64,000 bases of DNA from Chitinophagales bacterium (GTDB lineage Bacteria; Bacteroidota; Bacteroidia; Chitinophagales; Chitinophagaceae), in NCBI GenBank assembly GCA_038207305.1, contig JBBQZY010000016.1, forward strand, positions 2,906-66,905, given 5' to 3'. Below, one piece after another: positions 36,342 through 47,700 of the stretch. Within the stretch, counting starts at the first letter, position 1, and each line of letters begins with the position of its first letter. A program made the position numbers and the translations under genes. The notes beneath the pieces were generated by a model, which worked only from the letters and a program-made list of their open reading frames with translations, had not been told where the DNA came from and ran no database searches.

Positions 36342-38906
36342 TCACTTATCTCTAAAACTATTTTTCCCTCTCTTATAATTGGCAAAGGATTTATTCCCTG
36401 CTGAAATAGTTTTTGTAATGGCAGCCTCGTTTGTAATAACCGTATTGCCACTATTGGAGAAGTTGATTATATCCGAATGCGAATCATCAAAACTCACCAG
36501 AAAATTTTCTTTTCCCTGTTCTGGCAGGTATTTGTTTTGTTCTATGTTGATGGATGTAACAGTGTTCTTTACATTAAAAAATATTGCTTGTCTTTTTTGT
36601 GCAGATGATAATTGAACAGATGGAATGGTAAGGTCGAATGAATTGTTGGCAATGGTTACTTTATCAGGATCTGTAATGCAAATCGCATTGCCGGTTGAAT
36701 TTGCAGTAATAAAATTATTTTCCAGGATCATCATTTGTTGACCGGGGTAGCCATTTAGGTAAAGCTGGAATGTTGATGCAGCCAAATTATTTTGGTTGCC
36801 TGGCTTTTCAACTAAGATTGAACCAGCTTTGGATTCTTTTCTTTTAAAGCTATTCATATTGAAGTTCAATACCTCCAATGAAGTAAATGAATAACTATTC
36901 GCAGGCTCCGTAAAAAAAGTATTTCTACTAACATTTAATGCTCGTATTGTTGTTGCGGCGTCTTTCCCCAGGCTTGTCATGTTAAGGCTGCAGTTAGAAA
37001 AAATATTGTTCAACAGGTTGAAGCTTTCTATAACGGTGTTCTCATTCCCTGCAAGCAAACTGCTGCAGGATTGAATAAAGTTATTTTCAAATGAAACAGA
37101 ATTAAAACTCGTTTTGTTTTTTTTCTGGATCCGTACCAAACAACTGGCTTGAATGTTGTTTCCGGTAAAACGAACATCCTGTTTGTATTGATCATAACTA
37201 TTCACTTCTCCATATAGGTACATATAGGGTACAACAGTTAGTGTTTCCCAACGGTAATTTCTCTTATTATAGTAAACAGTATTGCCGGTTTGAATAGCAG
37301 GATCATAATGTTGTTTTCCGGCTGTTCTTTTTAGAACATCAACATCTTGAACTATATATGTCTTGTAAATATCTAACGAGTTTTCATCAGTAGTTGATGT
37401 TGTAATGTAACGCGTGCCAGGGCCCGTTATTGTATTATTTGTAATATAGAAGGAGGCGGGTGATTCGTTCGCAACAAGATTGCCCATCATGCCCATAGAT
37501 ATTTTATTGTTTAAAATAGAGATCAATGCCGGGCTGGTTCCTTTAACCAAAATTACAGGTGGTCTTGTTTGTTTTGCCGGCACTGCTGCCATATAAGTCC
37601 TTATTGTATTCCCTTTAACTACGGTACTACCACCTAGGTATAGCTGAATGCCAGTGCAATCGACAAAACTATTGCAGGTAATGCTGCCCTTATTCAAGGT
37701 GCGAACCAGGTGGACGGTATTCTCAGAGCCCGGATTCAATGCCCGCAACCTAATAAAACTATTATTTGTAATGCTGAAACGGGTCCTGTCTGCATCCGGT
37801 AATTTTGTATTGTATTGCGGAAACAGGTAAAAACAATTGAGCATTGTATAGCAATCATGAACTTTATTGTTGGTTATAGTATAATTAGAACAGGGTGGCG
37901 CTCCCCACACAATGGTTTCATGTATATAGCTGAATTCGCTTCCCTTAATAATGAATTGTTTGAAGCGCATATTCCAGTTGATGGAATAATAGCTGCTTGC
38001 CTTGTACCAGTTTTCAGATTCCAGGATGCCGGCGTAGGCCATCGTTGCCAATACCCTGGCTGTATGTTGGAAGCTGCAGTTTTCAATTATAAAAAAGTTG
38101 CTTGTTTTTAATTCCTGTTGGGGCTTTTTTGAGGATGGGAGAAAAAGATAAGGGCGAAAATTTTTGAAACTCATATTCTTTACCGAAAAATTACCCTGTG
38201 AAATAAACGCAACACTTGAATAATAGCGGCTCCAAATTCCATTGCTACGTTGTAAAATCGTTCCTTGTACATATAAAGGAGCGCCATTGTAGCCAAGCGT
38301 CAGATGTGCAAACCCGCCCCCATAATCATGAGCGGGATGTTTGGCAACAACGTAAAGTCCATCGATTCCCGGGTCGGGTTCACGGGTATCCAACTCTGTA
38401 ATATATCCCAGCGCTTTTACTTCGGATAAAGAAACGGGATAGATCAATCCTTTTTTTATTTCGATATACGAATTCAATTCGATACCCTGGAGGGTTCTAA
38501 AATCGCTATGCAATGTGGATGCAACCAGATCAACCTGGTAAACGCCTTCAACAAGGGCTTTTGACTTTGTCAGATCGATCTTTTCGGGGATCGCAAAATT
38601 AGTGGCAGCATTGCGATTGGTTGTCAATACTGTTTTGCCTCGGCCGTCACCCAGGATAGAAAGGTCGTTGTTACCAAAATCATATTCGAAGTTTGCCGGG
38701 AGCAGGTATTTGCCGGCAGGAAAATACACAGGGCTATGAGCCCGCCTGCATTCATTTAGCCATGCATCCAGTTTAGACTGGCTTATCAGAGATCCATCAT
38801 TGCGAATACCATACCTCGAGGCTGGCACGGGATCCGATAATTCTATTCCAAAGCTATTCGCAGCATGAATTACCAGAAAAATAGCTATGAATAAAACTGA
38901 TTTCAT
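36342..38906 (-). CDS. Secreted right-handed parallel beta-helix repeat protein (function unknown)
   Basis: 854 aa with a signal peptide. It has more than 12 periodic PbH1-like motifs: ITNNKVHDC, ITNNSFIRL, CNSFVDC, KGNTIRT, LNNKISMG, ITNNTITGP, TGNNIQAS, ENNFIQSC, LNNIFSNC, SRNTFFTE, LENNFITA, IANNSFDL. No T9SS CTD seen. Confidence 0.6.
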   Translation of the reverse strand: MKSVLFIAIFLVIHAANSFGIELSDPVPASRYGIRNDGSLISQSKLDAWLNECRRAHSPVYFPAGKYLLPANFEYDFGNNDLSILGDGRGKTVLTTNRNAATNFAIPEKIDLTKSKALVEGVYQVDLVASTLHSDFRTLQGIELNSYIEIKKGLIYPVSLSEVKALGYITELDTREPDPGIDGLYVVAKHPAHDYGGGFAHLTLGYNGAPLYVQGTILQRSNGIWSRYYSSVAFISQGNFSVKNMSFKNFRPYLFLPSSKKPQQELKTSNFFIIENCSFQHTARVLATMAYAGILESENWYKASSYYSINWNMRFKQFIIKGSEFSYIHETIVWGAPPCSNYTITNNKVHDCYTMLNCFYLFPQYNTKLPDADRTRFSITNNSFIRLRALNPGSENTVHLVRTLNKGSITCNSFVDCTGIQLYLGGSTVVKGNTIRTYMAAVPAKQTRPPVILVKGTSPALISILNNKISMGMMGNLVANESPASFYITNNTITGPGTRYITTSTTDENSLDIYKTYIVQDVDVLKRTAGKQHYDPAIQTGNTVYYNKRNYRWETLTVVPYMYLYGEVNSYDQYKQDVRFTGNNIQASCLVRIQKKNKTSFNSVSFENNFIQSCSSLLAGNENTVIESFNLLNNIFSNCSLNMTSLGKDAATTIRALNVSRNTFFTEPANSYSFTSLEVLNFNMNSFKRKESKAGSILVEKPGNQNNLAASTFQLYLNGYPGQQMMILENNFITANSTGNAICITDPDKVTIANNSFDLTIPSVQLSSAQKRQAIFFNVKNTVTSINIEQNKYLPEQGKENFLVSFDDSHSDIINFSNSGNTVITNEAAITKTISAGNKSFANYKRGKNSFRDK

Positions 38907-39072
38907 ACCAACGGCTTGAATTTTCCAAACCTACGGTAAACTTAACAAGCAGTAAAGGATACTTGATTAAAATGGCATTTTTTTGTTTTCTCTTAACATA
39001 TACCGTCATCGTCTTTATTTTATCAGATATTATGCTTTGAATTCGTTCTTTAAAATTATTTTTGCTGGCTTC

Positions 39073-39091
39073 TAATAACTGTCAGTTATTA
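39073..39091. promoter_or_regulatory. Perfect 9-1-9 palindrome in a divergent promoter region
   Basis: TAATAACTG-T-CAGTTATTA lies about 50 nt upstream of the 39141 start codon and about 170 nt from the divergent 38906 start. Confidence 0.35.
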
Positions 39092-39140
39092 TAATTTCGG
39101 GGAAACCGTTCTTAAGCCTGGCAGCAAAACACTAATAAAT

Positions 39141-39605
39141 ATGATAAAGACTTGCTTTCTTACAACTATAATATGCTTAAATATATTTTCGGTGCAGGCG
39201 CAAACGAACTACAATGAAGCTGATTTTAGTTCCAGACCTGTTTGGATAGAAATGATGAACGACAGCACGGTGAATTATAACCAGGCTGTAAAAGCATTCA
39301 ATTTATATTGGAAGGAACGAATTAAGCCCGGTGAAGAAGAAGAAAGAATGAATGAAGAAAAAAAGCAGAGCAGGGAAAAAGAGCTTGAACACAGACGCTT
39401 TGAAAAAGAATTGCGTAAAATGAATGCTGCTGAACGCAATGAATTTGACAGGGTGAATTATCAATACAAACGTTTTGTAAACTGGATGCGTGAAATGCGA
39501 CCATTTGTTCAGCCCGATGGCAGGATCCTTACAGCCCAACAACGCATGGATATATGGAAACAGCAACTGGCTGAATCCAAAAGACAAAAGATAACCGGCA
39601 ATTAA
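39141..39605 (+). CDS. Hypothetical secreted protein with a highly charged coiled-coil-like segment
   Basis: 154 aa with a signal peptide (IFSVQAQ) and a Glu/Lys/Arg-rich central segment (EEEERMNEEKKQSREKELEHRRFEKELRK). It ends 33 nt upstream of the BNR gene. Confidence 0.5.
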   Translation: MIKTCFLTTIICLNIFSVQAQTNYNEADFSSRPVWIEMMNDSTVNYNQAVKAFNLYWKERIKPGEEEERMNEEKKQSREKELEHRRFEKELRKMNAAERNEFDRVNYQYKRFVNWMREMRPFVQPDGRILTAQQRMDIWKQQLAESKRQKITGN

Positions 39606-39638
39606 TATTCCATAGGGAAACAAACGCTAACAGTATTT

Positions 39639-42600
39639 ATGAAGCAACTCATCACCGCATTAGGGATAATTTTTTTTACAAATATTTTTTCCATTCAAGC
39701 CCAGGTAGCCGACTGGAATGCTATATTGCCATCAACTTTCCCTACCAATGCAAGTGGACAAATACATGGGATCAGCCGGGTAAGTCAGCTTAAATTCCAT
39801 CCTTCAGATTCAAACAAAATGTATGCAATAAGTGCATGTGGCGGGTTATTTACGAGCATTGATGCTGGTAATCACTGGATCGTTTCAACAGGAACAGACA
39901 GAATGCCTACCAATCACCTCGCTTCTGTTTGCATTGATCCAACCAATGACCAGGTAATCTACATCGGAACCGGCGACCATAATTATTATGGTGGCGGTAT
40001 TGGCGTATGGAAATCTTTAGATGGCGGCGCGTCTTTCTCACAAACATCACTCCAGAATAAACTGGTGATTGATATTGTTATAGATCCGGTTGATCACAAT
40101 GTATTGGTAGCAGTAACTGATGCCGGGATTTATAAATCTACCGATGCCGGATTGAACTGGTCTTTAAAAACTATCCCCCGCAGCTTTGATGACCTCAAAC
40201 AAAAAACACCGGTGTCCAGGGTACTTTTTGCAGCAACAAATGATTCAGCTTTTTTTCGTTCAATGGATTTTGGAGATAACTGGTCACAAATAACAACCGG
40301 TATTATTTTACCTTCCGGTGTAACAAACGGAAATGGTTGCCGGCTTGCAGTTACCCCCGCAGATACGAATACAGTTTACCTGGGTATGGTAACCAATGGA
40401 GGTTTGATCTATCGCTCTACTGATGGCGGTAATTCCTTTACCCGGCTAAAATCTGCAGGGGCACCTTATCTTACTTATTATGAAAACAGCTCTTCCTCAT
40501 CTGGCCAGGGAGATTATAATTTTGGTATTGGTGCCGACAGGCTGAATGCGAATATTGTTTACCTGGTTGCGCACAATGTCTGGAAGAGCACCAACGGTGG
40601 TGTAAACTGGAGCAAACTGACTAACTGGTACCAGCAGGTGCATACCGATATGCACCAGGTTAATACCAGTCCGTATAATAATAACCAGTTATGGAGTGTG
40701 AATGATGGCGGTGTGTGGCTGAGTATGGATGGAGGAAATAACTGGGCTCCCAAAAGCGACGGCATTTATGGTTATGAAATATATCATGGTAATTGCAGCC
40801 CTACGCTGAAGGACATGCATAGCATCGGTACGCAGGATAACGGAGAATTGTATGCGAACAATACCGGCTGGTTCACCAATCGTGGGGGAGATTGGGGATC
40901 ACGTTGTGCCTTTGATTACAGGCCCGGAAGTTCCATGGTTTATTACTATCAGAATAAAAGCAGAAGGTTTGTCAATGGTAACACATCTTCGTTCGGCCTT
41001 CCAGGTGCAGGTAGCTTTAATGATATAGCTTTCCATCGCGGCAGTCCGGATCTTGCATTTGCTGCTGATTCTATTATTTACCGCACAACCAATCTTCTGG
41101 AATCTGATCCTGTTTGGCAAACGGTCATTAACACGCACAAAGAAATTGCTGCCCTACATATTAGTTTCGCTTCTGCAAACACGCTGTATGCTGTTACTAA
41201 AGATGGATTTATCTTTGTTACTGAAAATGCCCAGGAAGCCAGTCCGGATTTTAATACTTACCAATTGCCTGTTTCCGGTTTCAGCAATGCCAGCATCACC
41301 AGTATCAAAACTTCACCCAATACTATTTATATTCATTGCGACAGGCAGGTATTCCGCTCAGATAACAAAGGAGTAAGTTGGGTAAATATTACTTATAACC
41401 TGCCGTCGGTAAGTCATGTTCGGATACTTGCAGATGAATATTTTTCAAACAATGAACTGGTATTTCTTGCAAGTGCAGGTTCCGTTTATTACAAGGTTAA
41501 AAATCAATCAAGCTGGTCGGTTTTTTCCGATAAACTTCCGGCACGTATTTATCTCACCGATCTTTCCATTTTCAATGACAGCAGTGCAAATAGTGTTCTA
41601 AGGGCATATACATACGGAAGAGGTGCATGGGAAACCGGCATTGATAATTTGCGGGTACTAAATGCCAGGATCGATGCAGACAATACAAATCCCTGTATGG
41701 GTGGTGCTGTTCATTTTGCAGATGTTTCAACAGGCAATATACTTAGTCATTCCTGGACATTTCCCGGCGGTAACCCCGCCACATCCTCAGATGAATTCCC
41801 GCAAGTAACGTATAGCAGTAGCGGCAATTTTGATGTGTCGTTAACGGTATCAGACGGTATTGCCAGCAGTACGGTAACACGTTCTCAGTATATTTCTACC
41901 AAGGGTGGACAATTACCATTGGCAGAAGGATTTGAAGGCTTAAGTGATCCTCCGGCAGGATGGAAGAATGTTGATAATGGAACAGTAGGAAACAAGTGGG
42001 CCAAAACAAGTTCAGGTGGATACGGGACATCTTCTTATTCTATGTTCTTTGATAATTATAGCTGGAATGTTCCCGGCGAGAAAGATGAGTTACTGGCTAA
42101 ACGCCTTGACCTGACCAGTTACAGCGCTGCACAACTTAGCTTTGATGTAGCATACCAGGTTTTTCCGGGTTCGGCAGATTCGTTGGCTGTTTTGGTCTCT
42201 GCTAATTGCGGACAAACATTCAGCAGGGTTTACATCAAGGGCGGAGTCAACCTGTCAACGGCCGGCAGCGACCAGGGCTACTTTATCCCGAATGCAGCAC
42301 AATGGAGAACTGAAACGATAAACCTTGCGGCTTATCTCAACGAGCCGGGAATGATTATTGCTTTCCAGAATATTAATGGTTATGGAAACAATCTTTATAT
42401 CGACAATGTGAATATTTCCGGAACTCTTTCGTCGGTTGTATATAAGTTCACAGGAAATGGTAATTGGGATGTTGCGGCTAACTGGTTTAACAATACGGTT
42501 CCTCCTCCTGTATTAGCAGGTAACGAGCAGATAATAATAGATCCTGTTGTAAATGGAGAATGTGTGCTGAATGTTTTGCAGCAGGTGAGTAATAATGTAA

Positions 42601-42662
42601 AAGTGATCGTAAAAACAGGAAAGAATTTCAGGGTTATGGCAAATCTCATTATAAATAATTAA
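39639..42662 (+). CDS. Secreted sortilin/BNR (Asp-box) propeller protein with PKD domain and C-terminal jelly-roll-like module
   Basis: 1007 aa with a signal peptide. Eight Asp-boxes include FTSIDAGNHW, WKSLDGGASF, YKSTDAGLNW, FRSMDFGDNW, YRSTDGGNSF, WKSTNGGVNW and WLSMDGGNNW. The PKD domain reads VHFADVSTGNILSHSWTFPGGNPATS..FDVSLTVSDG. It is followed by EGFEG..PPAGWKNVDNG..W, a MAM/choice-of-anchor-like region. Confidence 0.75.
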   Translation: MKQLITALGIIFFTNIFSIQAQVADWNAILPSTFPTNASGQIHGISRVSQLKFHPSDSNKMYAISACGGLFTSIDAGNHWIVSTGTDRMPTNHLASVCIDPTNDQVIYIGTGDHNYYGGGIGVWKSLDGGASFSQTSLQNKLVIDIVIDPVDHNVLVAVTDAGIYKSTDAGLNWSLKTIPRSFDDLKQKTPVSRVLFAATNDSAFFRSMDFGDNWSQITTGIILPSGVTNGNGCRLAVTPADTNTVYLGMVTNGGLIYRSTDGGNSFTRLKSAGAPYLTYYENSSSSSGQGDYNFGIGADRLNANIVYLVAHNVWKSTNGGVNWSKLTNWYQQVHTDMHQVNTSPYNNNQLWSVNDGGVWLSMDGGNNWAPKSDGIYGYEIYHGNCSPTLKDMHSIGTQDNGELYANNTGWFTNRGGDWGSRCAFDYRPGSSMVYYYQNKSRRFVNGNTSSFGLPGAGSFNDIAFHRGSPDLAFAADSIIYRTTNLLESDPVWQTVINTHKEIAALHISFASANTLYAVTKDGFIFVTENAQEASPDFNTYQLPVSGFSNASITSIKTSPNTIYIHCDRQVFRSDNKGVSWVNITYNLPSVSHVRILADEYFSNNELVFLASAGSVYYKVKNQSSWSVFSDKLPARIYLTDLSIFNDSSANSVLRAYTYGRGAWETGIDNLRVLNARIDADNTNPCMGGAVHFADVSTGNILSHSWTFPGGNPATSSDEFPQVTYSSSGNFDVSLTVSDGIASSTVTRSQYISTKGGQLPLAEGFEGLSDPPAGWKNVDNGTVGNKWAKTSSGGYGTSSYSMFFDNYSWNVPGEKDELLAKRLDLTSYSAAQLSFDVAYQVFPGSADSLAVLVSANCGQTFSRVYIKGGVNLSTAGSDQGYFIPNAAQWRTETINLAAYLNEPGMIIAFQNINGYGNNLYIDNVNISGTLSSVVYKFTGNGNWDVAANWFNNTVPPPVLAGNEQIIIDPVVNGECVLNVLQQVSNNVKVIVKTGKNFRVMANLIINN

Positions 42663-42888
42663 GATCCAGGCGAATGTTTGCCATTTGATGAATTCTGTAT
42701 TCCCATATATCGTTATTGAAAATTCATTGTTGTCAAATGCAGATTTCAGCACCTGCTTTTATTTATCCCAATAAATTATGCCATGCATAAGCAATGAATT
42801 TGAATTTATCCTAACTTAACGTTCCAAAACAGAAAGCCATGTGATCCTGGTGCTGCAGGATTTTTTCACCTGGTAAATTAAAAAAAAT

Positions 42889-44355
42889 ATGAAAGGAACT
42901 TCCCTGGTTGCACTGCTATTTGCCGTGTATGGCCTTGGCGCATGCAATGAAAAAAAACCGGCCGGCACATCAACAGACAGCAAATTCAATGATCCCAAAA
43001 CAGCGATGGTATATACCACCGATGACAGTGCCAAATTCAGGCTAACCCTTACCGATACGATTTCCTTTGCAGCGAAAGGTCAACCTGTAGAAAGAGAAGT
43101 GGTGGTCTTTGTAGATCCTTCAAAAACCTTCCAGCGTTTTCTCGGCATCGGGGCAGCCCTGACAGACGCATCTGCTGAAACATTTTACAAATTGCCGAAA
43201 GGCAAACAGCAGGAATTGCTGAAAGCCTATTTCGACAAGGATAAGGGCATTGGCTATACGGTGGCTCGTACCAATATCAACAGTTGCGATTTCAGCAGTG
43301 ATATGTATACTTATGTTCAGGAAGGAGACAGTACATTGAAAAGCTTTAATATTGATCACGACAGAAAATATAAAATCCCGTTTATCAAGGAATCTATGGC
43401 AGCAGCGGGTGGTAAACTGAATTTATTTGCCAGTCCGTGGAGCCCGCCCGCCTGGATGAAAGACAACAATGATATGTTGCATGGTGGCAGGCTAAAGCCA
43501 CAATATTATGGAAGTTGGGCGCTGTATTTTACAAAGTTCATCAAAGAATATGAAAAAGCAGGAGTGCCCGTTTGGGGAGTTACGGTTCAAAATGAACCAA
43601 TGGCAAAGCAAATTTGGGAAAGCTGCATGTATACCGCACAGGAAGAAACTGATTTTTTAAAGAACAACCTTGGGCCAACAATGGCTAAAGAAGGGTTGGC
43701 TGATAAAAAGATCATTGTCTGGGATCATAACCGCGACCTTATTTACCAGCGTGCGCAAACTTATTTCAACGATCCTGAAGCATCCAAGTATATTTGGGGA
43801 ATAGGCTTTCATTGGTATGAAGACTGGAGTGGCGGAACACCGATGTTCGACAACCTGAGGAGGGTTCAGGAAGCATACCCTGATAAAAATATATTCTTTA
43901 CAGAAGGTTGTGCAGAAAGCTTCGACTCTACAAGATACAATGCATGGGCGCTGGGCGAAGAATATGGCCGGTCAATGATCAATGATTTTAACAACGGGAT
44001 GGTAGGATTTACAGATTGGAATATTTTGCTGGATGAAAAGGGTGGACCTAACCATGTAGGAAATTATTGCTTTGCTCCCGTTCATGGCGACACGAAGACA
44101 GGGCAGCTTACTTATACCAATGCATATTATTATATCGGGCATTTCTCTAAATTCATCAGGCCCGGTGCAAAACGGATCATTAGCAGTGCCAGCAGGAGCC
44201 AGTTGTTAACAACGGCTTTCAGAAACCCAGATGGAACAACTGTAGTGGTGGTGATGAACCAGAGCGCAATAGAAACGCCTTATTATATCTGGATGAACGG
44301 AAAAGCGGCACCTTCAATAGCTTATCCGCATTCTATTCAAACCATTGTTTTTTAA
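42889..44355 (+). CDS. Glycoside hydrolase family 30 (glucosylceramidase-like) lipoprotein
   Basis: 488 aa with a lipobox (YGLGAC). GH30 motifs are FLGIGAALTDASAE, SPWSPPAWMKDNNDMLHGG, VTVQNEP (acid/base Glu) and IFFTEGC (nucleophile Glu). Confidence 0.85.
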   Translation: MKGTSLVALLFAVYGLGACNEKKPAGTSTDSKFNDPKTAMVYTTDDSAKFRLTLTDTISFAAKGQPVEREVVVFVDPSKTFQRFLGIGAALTDASAETFYKLPKGKQQELLKAYFDKDKGIGYTVARTNINSCDFSSDMYTYVQEGDSTLKSFNIDHDRKYKIPFIKESMAAAGGKLNLFASPWSPPAWMKDNNDMLHGGRLKPQYYGSWALYFTKFIKEYEKAGVPVWGVTVQNEPMAKQIWESCMYTAQEETDFLKNNLGPTMAKEGLADKKIIVWDHNRDLIYQRAQTYFNDPEASKYIWGIGFHWYEDWSGGTPMFDNLRRVQEAYPDKNIFFTEGCAESFDSTRYNAWALGEEYGRSMINDFNNGMVGFTDWNILLDEKGGPNHVGNYCFAPVHGDTKTGQLTYTNAYYYIGHFSKFIRPGAKRIISSASRSQLLTTAFRNPDGTTVVVVMNQSAIETPYYIWMNGKAAPSIAYPHSIQTIVF

Positions 44356-44378
44356 TGCAAAAGCCGTTTTATCATGCA

Positions 44379-44410
44379 GGGATCGCGTCATTTGTTTATG
44401 ATGCGATTCC
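44379..44410 (+). terminator. 13-bp stem hairpin after the GH30 gene
   Basis: GGGATCGCGTCAT (44379-44391) pairs with ATGATGCGATTCC (44398-44410). Two of the pairs are G-U and exist only in the + strand RNA. The loop is 6 nt and TGTTT follows. It sits between convergent genes. Confidence 0.5.
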
Positions 44411-44775
44411 TGTTTAAGTCTAATCCAATAGTTATTCAAAGAATGCACCTATATTATTTACCCTGTCTGTCAATTGGTGCGCTAAAAATCTGTTTCTGTT
44501 GTTAACCTGTTTTTCTGAAATCACGCGATATATCCCTTACCTGAAGAAAACCAAGGCAGCAATGAAAAACCTTCGATATTGACGTTGGCTCTTGCTTTTA
44601 TAGTCCTTATATTACGAAATGATTTTTTGCCTGCACAATTATATGGAGGTGTATATAACATACCATACATTTTTAATTGGCTTCTTTGCTGCGAAATTGA
44701 AATGTATAATGCTGTTATTCATTTCAGTAAGGGAAATAAAAAAATAATGAAAAAATTCATGATAGAAATTAATAT

Positions 44776-47700
44776 TTATTTAAAATTCCTAGCTTTAGGA
44801 AAAATGTTTTCCTGCGGTATTTCTTTTTTTTGTGAGCGTTTATTTATGCCCGGGAGAATTGATTTTTCATCAGAAGTAGATAAGGTAAGTAATGGCAGGT
44901 TTTCGTTTTGTGAAACGGTTAGGTTGCGCAAAAGTGACGAAAAATTATAACAGCGTTTTACAATTACATGAATAACTTCTCCTTCGATCTGTAATTTCCC
45001 TTCAACCATTATTAATTTTGATTGTAAAATTTCTTTCCGGAATTTATCAAATAGCTTTTCAAAAATAACTACGTTGGCATATCCTGTTTCATCTTCGATG
45101 GTCATAAAACAAATACCACCTGCAGTGCCAGGCCTTTGACGAACCAATACAAGTCCGGCAACTTTTACGAGATCACCATTTTTCCCTGCACACAATTCTT
45201 TGGTTGATAGTACACGAAGTTGAAAAAGAGTATCTCTTACAAAGCTTACCGGATGTGCCTTTAATGAAAGAGATGTTGAAGCATAATCCTGAACAACGTG
45301 TTCCGAGGCAGACATAATCGGCAATGAGATGTTTTCGCTTGTTGCATCTGCAGCAGCTTGGCCCGCAAATAGAATAACAGGACGATCTTTTGTTGATACT
45401 TCCCACAATGCTTCACGTCGGTTGAGTCCGATTGACCTGAATGCATCGGCATCTGCTAATTTTTCCAAAGCAGCTTCAGGTAAATTTATATCCCGCAATT
45501 CATTGATTGTAGTAAATTGATTTTTCCTGCCTGATACAAGCATTTTTATATCCTCCTGTCGTATACTTTTTACCTGGCGAAATCCTAAACGTAGTGCACA
45601 GAACTTACCAGACAGTTCTTCCAGGGTATTATCCCAATCAGAAAAATTAATATCAACAGGCCTTACTTCTACACCGTGTTTTCCTGCATCAATAATAATT
45701 TGTGCAGGTTGATAGAATCCCATAGGCATGCTATTCAGCAAAGCGCATGCAAAAACATCCGGGTAATAGCATTTGATCCACGACGAAACATATACAAGCA
45801 ATGCAAAACTTGCTGCATGGCTTTCAGGAAAGCCATAACTTCCAAAACCTTCCAGTTGCTTGAAAACACGCAAAGCATATTCCTTTGAATAGCCATTTTT
45901 CATCATACCGTCTACTAACTTTTTTTCAAATTTTGTAACCAGGCCCTGTGTTTTAAATGTTGCCATGCTGCGGCGTAATTCGTCTGCTTCGGCCGGGCTG
46001 AAACCTGCGCCAACGATCGCAATTTTCATAGCCTGCTCCTGGAACAGTGGAACACCAAGTGTACGGCCAAGGATTTCTTCCAGTTCCTTTGAGGGATATT
46101 CAACCGGCTCTTCTCCATTTCTACGTCTTAAATAAGGATGTACCATATCGCCCTGTATGGGCCCGGGCCGAACAATGGCCACTTCAATTACAAGGTCATA
46201 AAAAGTTCGTGGTTTCAATCTTGGTAACATAGATTGTTGTGCCCGGCTTTCAATTTGAAACACTCCAATTGTATCTGCATGACAAATCATTTCATAAACT
46301 GCAGCATCATCTTGTGGAATATTGGCTAATGTAAGGTTTAGTCCATAAGTTTCCTTAGCTGCATCAAATGCTTTGCGAATGCAGGTGAGCATTCCCAGGG
46401 CAAGAATATCAATCTTCATAAAACCTAAAGAATCGATATCGTCTTTATTCCATTCTATACAAGTTCTGTCAATCATGCGGGCATTCATGATCGGGCAAAG
46501 GTCTGATAGTTTTCCGTTGGTAATAACAAAGCCACCGGTATGCTGTCCTAGTTGGCGTGGGAAGCCCATGAATTCGCTTGTGAGTTGCAATACCTTTTTG
46601 ATATGATTATCTCCGGGATTTAGACCTTGTTCTTTTATTCTTTTGCCTTCGAACCATTCATCAGTAAATTGCCAAATGGAACCGGAAAGCCTGTTGATCG
46701 TATCAACAGATAATCCCATGGCTTTGCCAACATCTCTTATGGATCCTTTTTGATGTTGCTGTGTTACAGTTGCAACAATAGCAGCCCGGTCGCGGCCGTA
46801 TTTATTAAAAACATATTGCATCACTTCTTCACGTCGCTCGTGTTCAAAATCCACATCAATATCAGGAGGTTCATTGCGAGCAGCAGAAATAAAGCGTTCA
46901 AATAACAGATCAAATTTGGTTGGGTCTACAGATGTAATTCCAAGGCAATAGCAAATGGTTGAGTTGGCAGCAGAACCACGTCCCTGGCAGAGTATGTGCT
47001 CACTTCTTGCAAATCGAACAATATCATATACTGTAAGAAAGTATGGGGCATAATTCATTTCCCGGATATAAAACAATTCATGATGAATGTTTACAATGAT
47101 CTTTTCTGGAATATTATCTCCATAAATTTCATGGGCTCCCTTCCAGGCCAGTAAGGTCAGTTCTTCCTGGGGTGTACGGCCTTCAGTTGTAATTTCTATA
47201 GGATATTCATATTTTAATTCGTCTAATGAGAACTGGCAGGCTGTTACAATTTCCTGAGTACGCTCGATTGCGTTTGGATATTGGTGAAACAGACGTAACA
47301 TTTCTTCCGTTTGTTTCAAATATCTTTCTGCATTTGCATGTAATAAATAACCCGCGTTATAAATGGTACATTTTTCACGAACACATGTTACGATATCCTG
47401 TAACTGCCTGCGGCCCGGTTCATGATAATGCACATCATTTGTTGCAACAATTGGAATATTTAATTGGCTTGAAAGTTTGTTAAGCCTGAATAAATATTTG
47501 CTATCATCGCCACTATAAAGCCGGGAAGCCGCTATGTAAAAGTCATTTCCAAAAACCGAATGATATTCTTTTAAAGAATCCTCAAATGAAACATCGAATT
47601 CAAACATCTCATTTAATTCAGTTGGCGGTAACACTATAAATTTTATATCGCCGGCATATTCATAAACATCTCTTTTATACAAATAGCAATCTCCTTTTTC

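Noticed and set aside
44579-44950. 123-aa + strand ORF between GH30 and dnaE2
   Set aside because: It overlaps the dnaE2 3' end in antisense, is AT-rich with Phe/Ile/Leu/Lys-biased composition, and has a non-ATG start.
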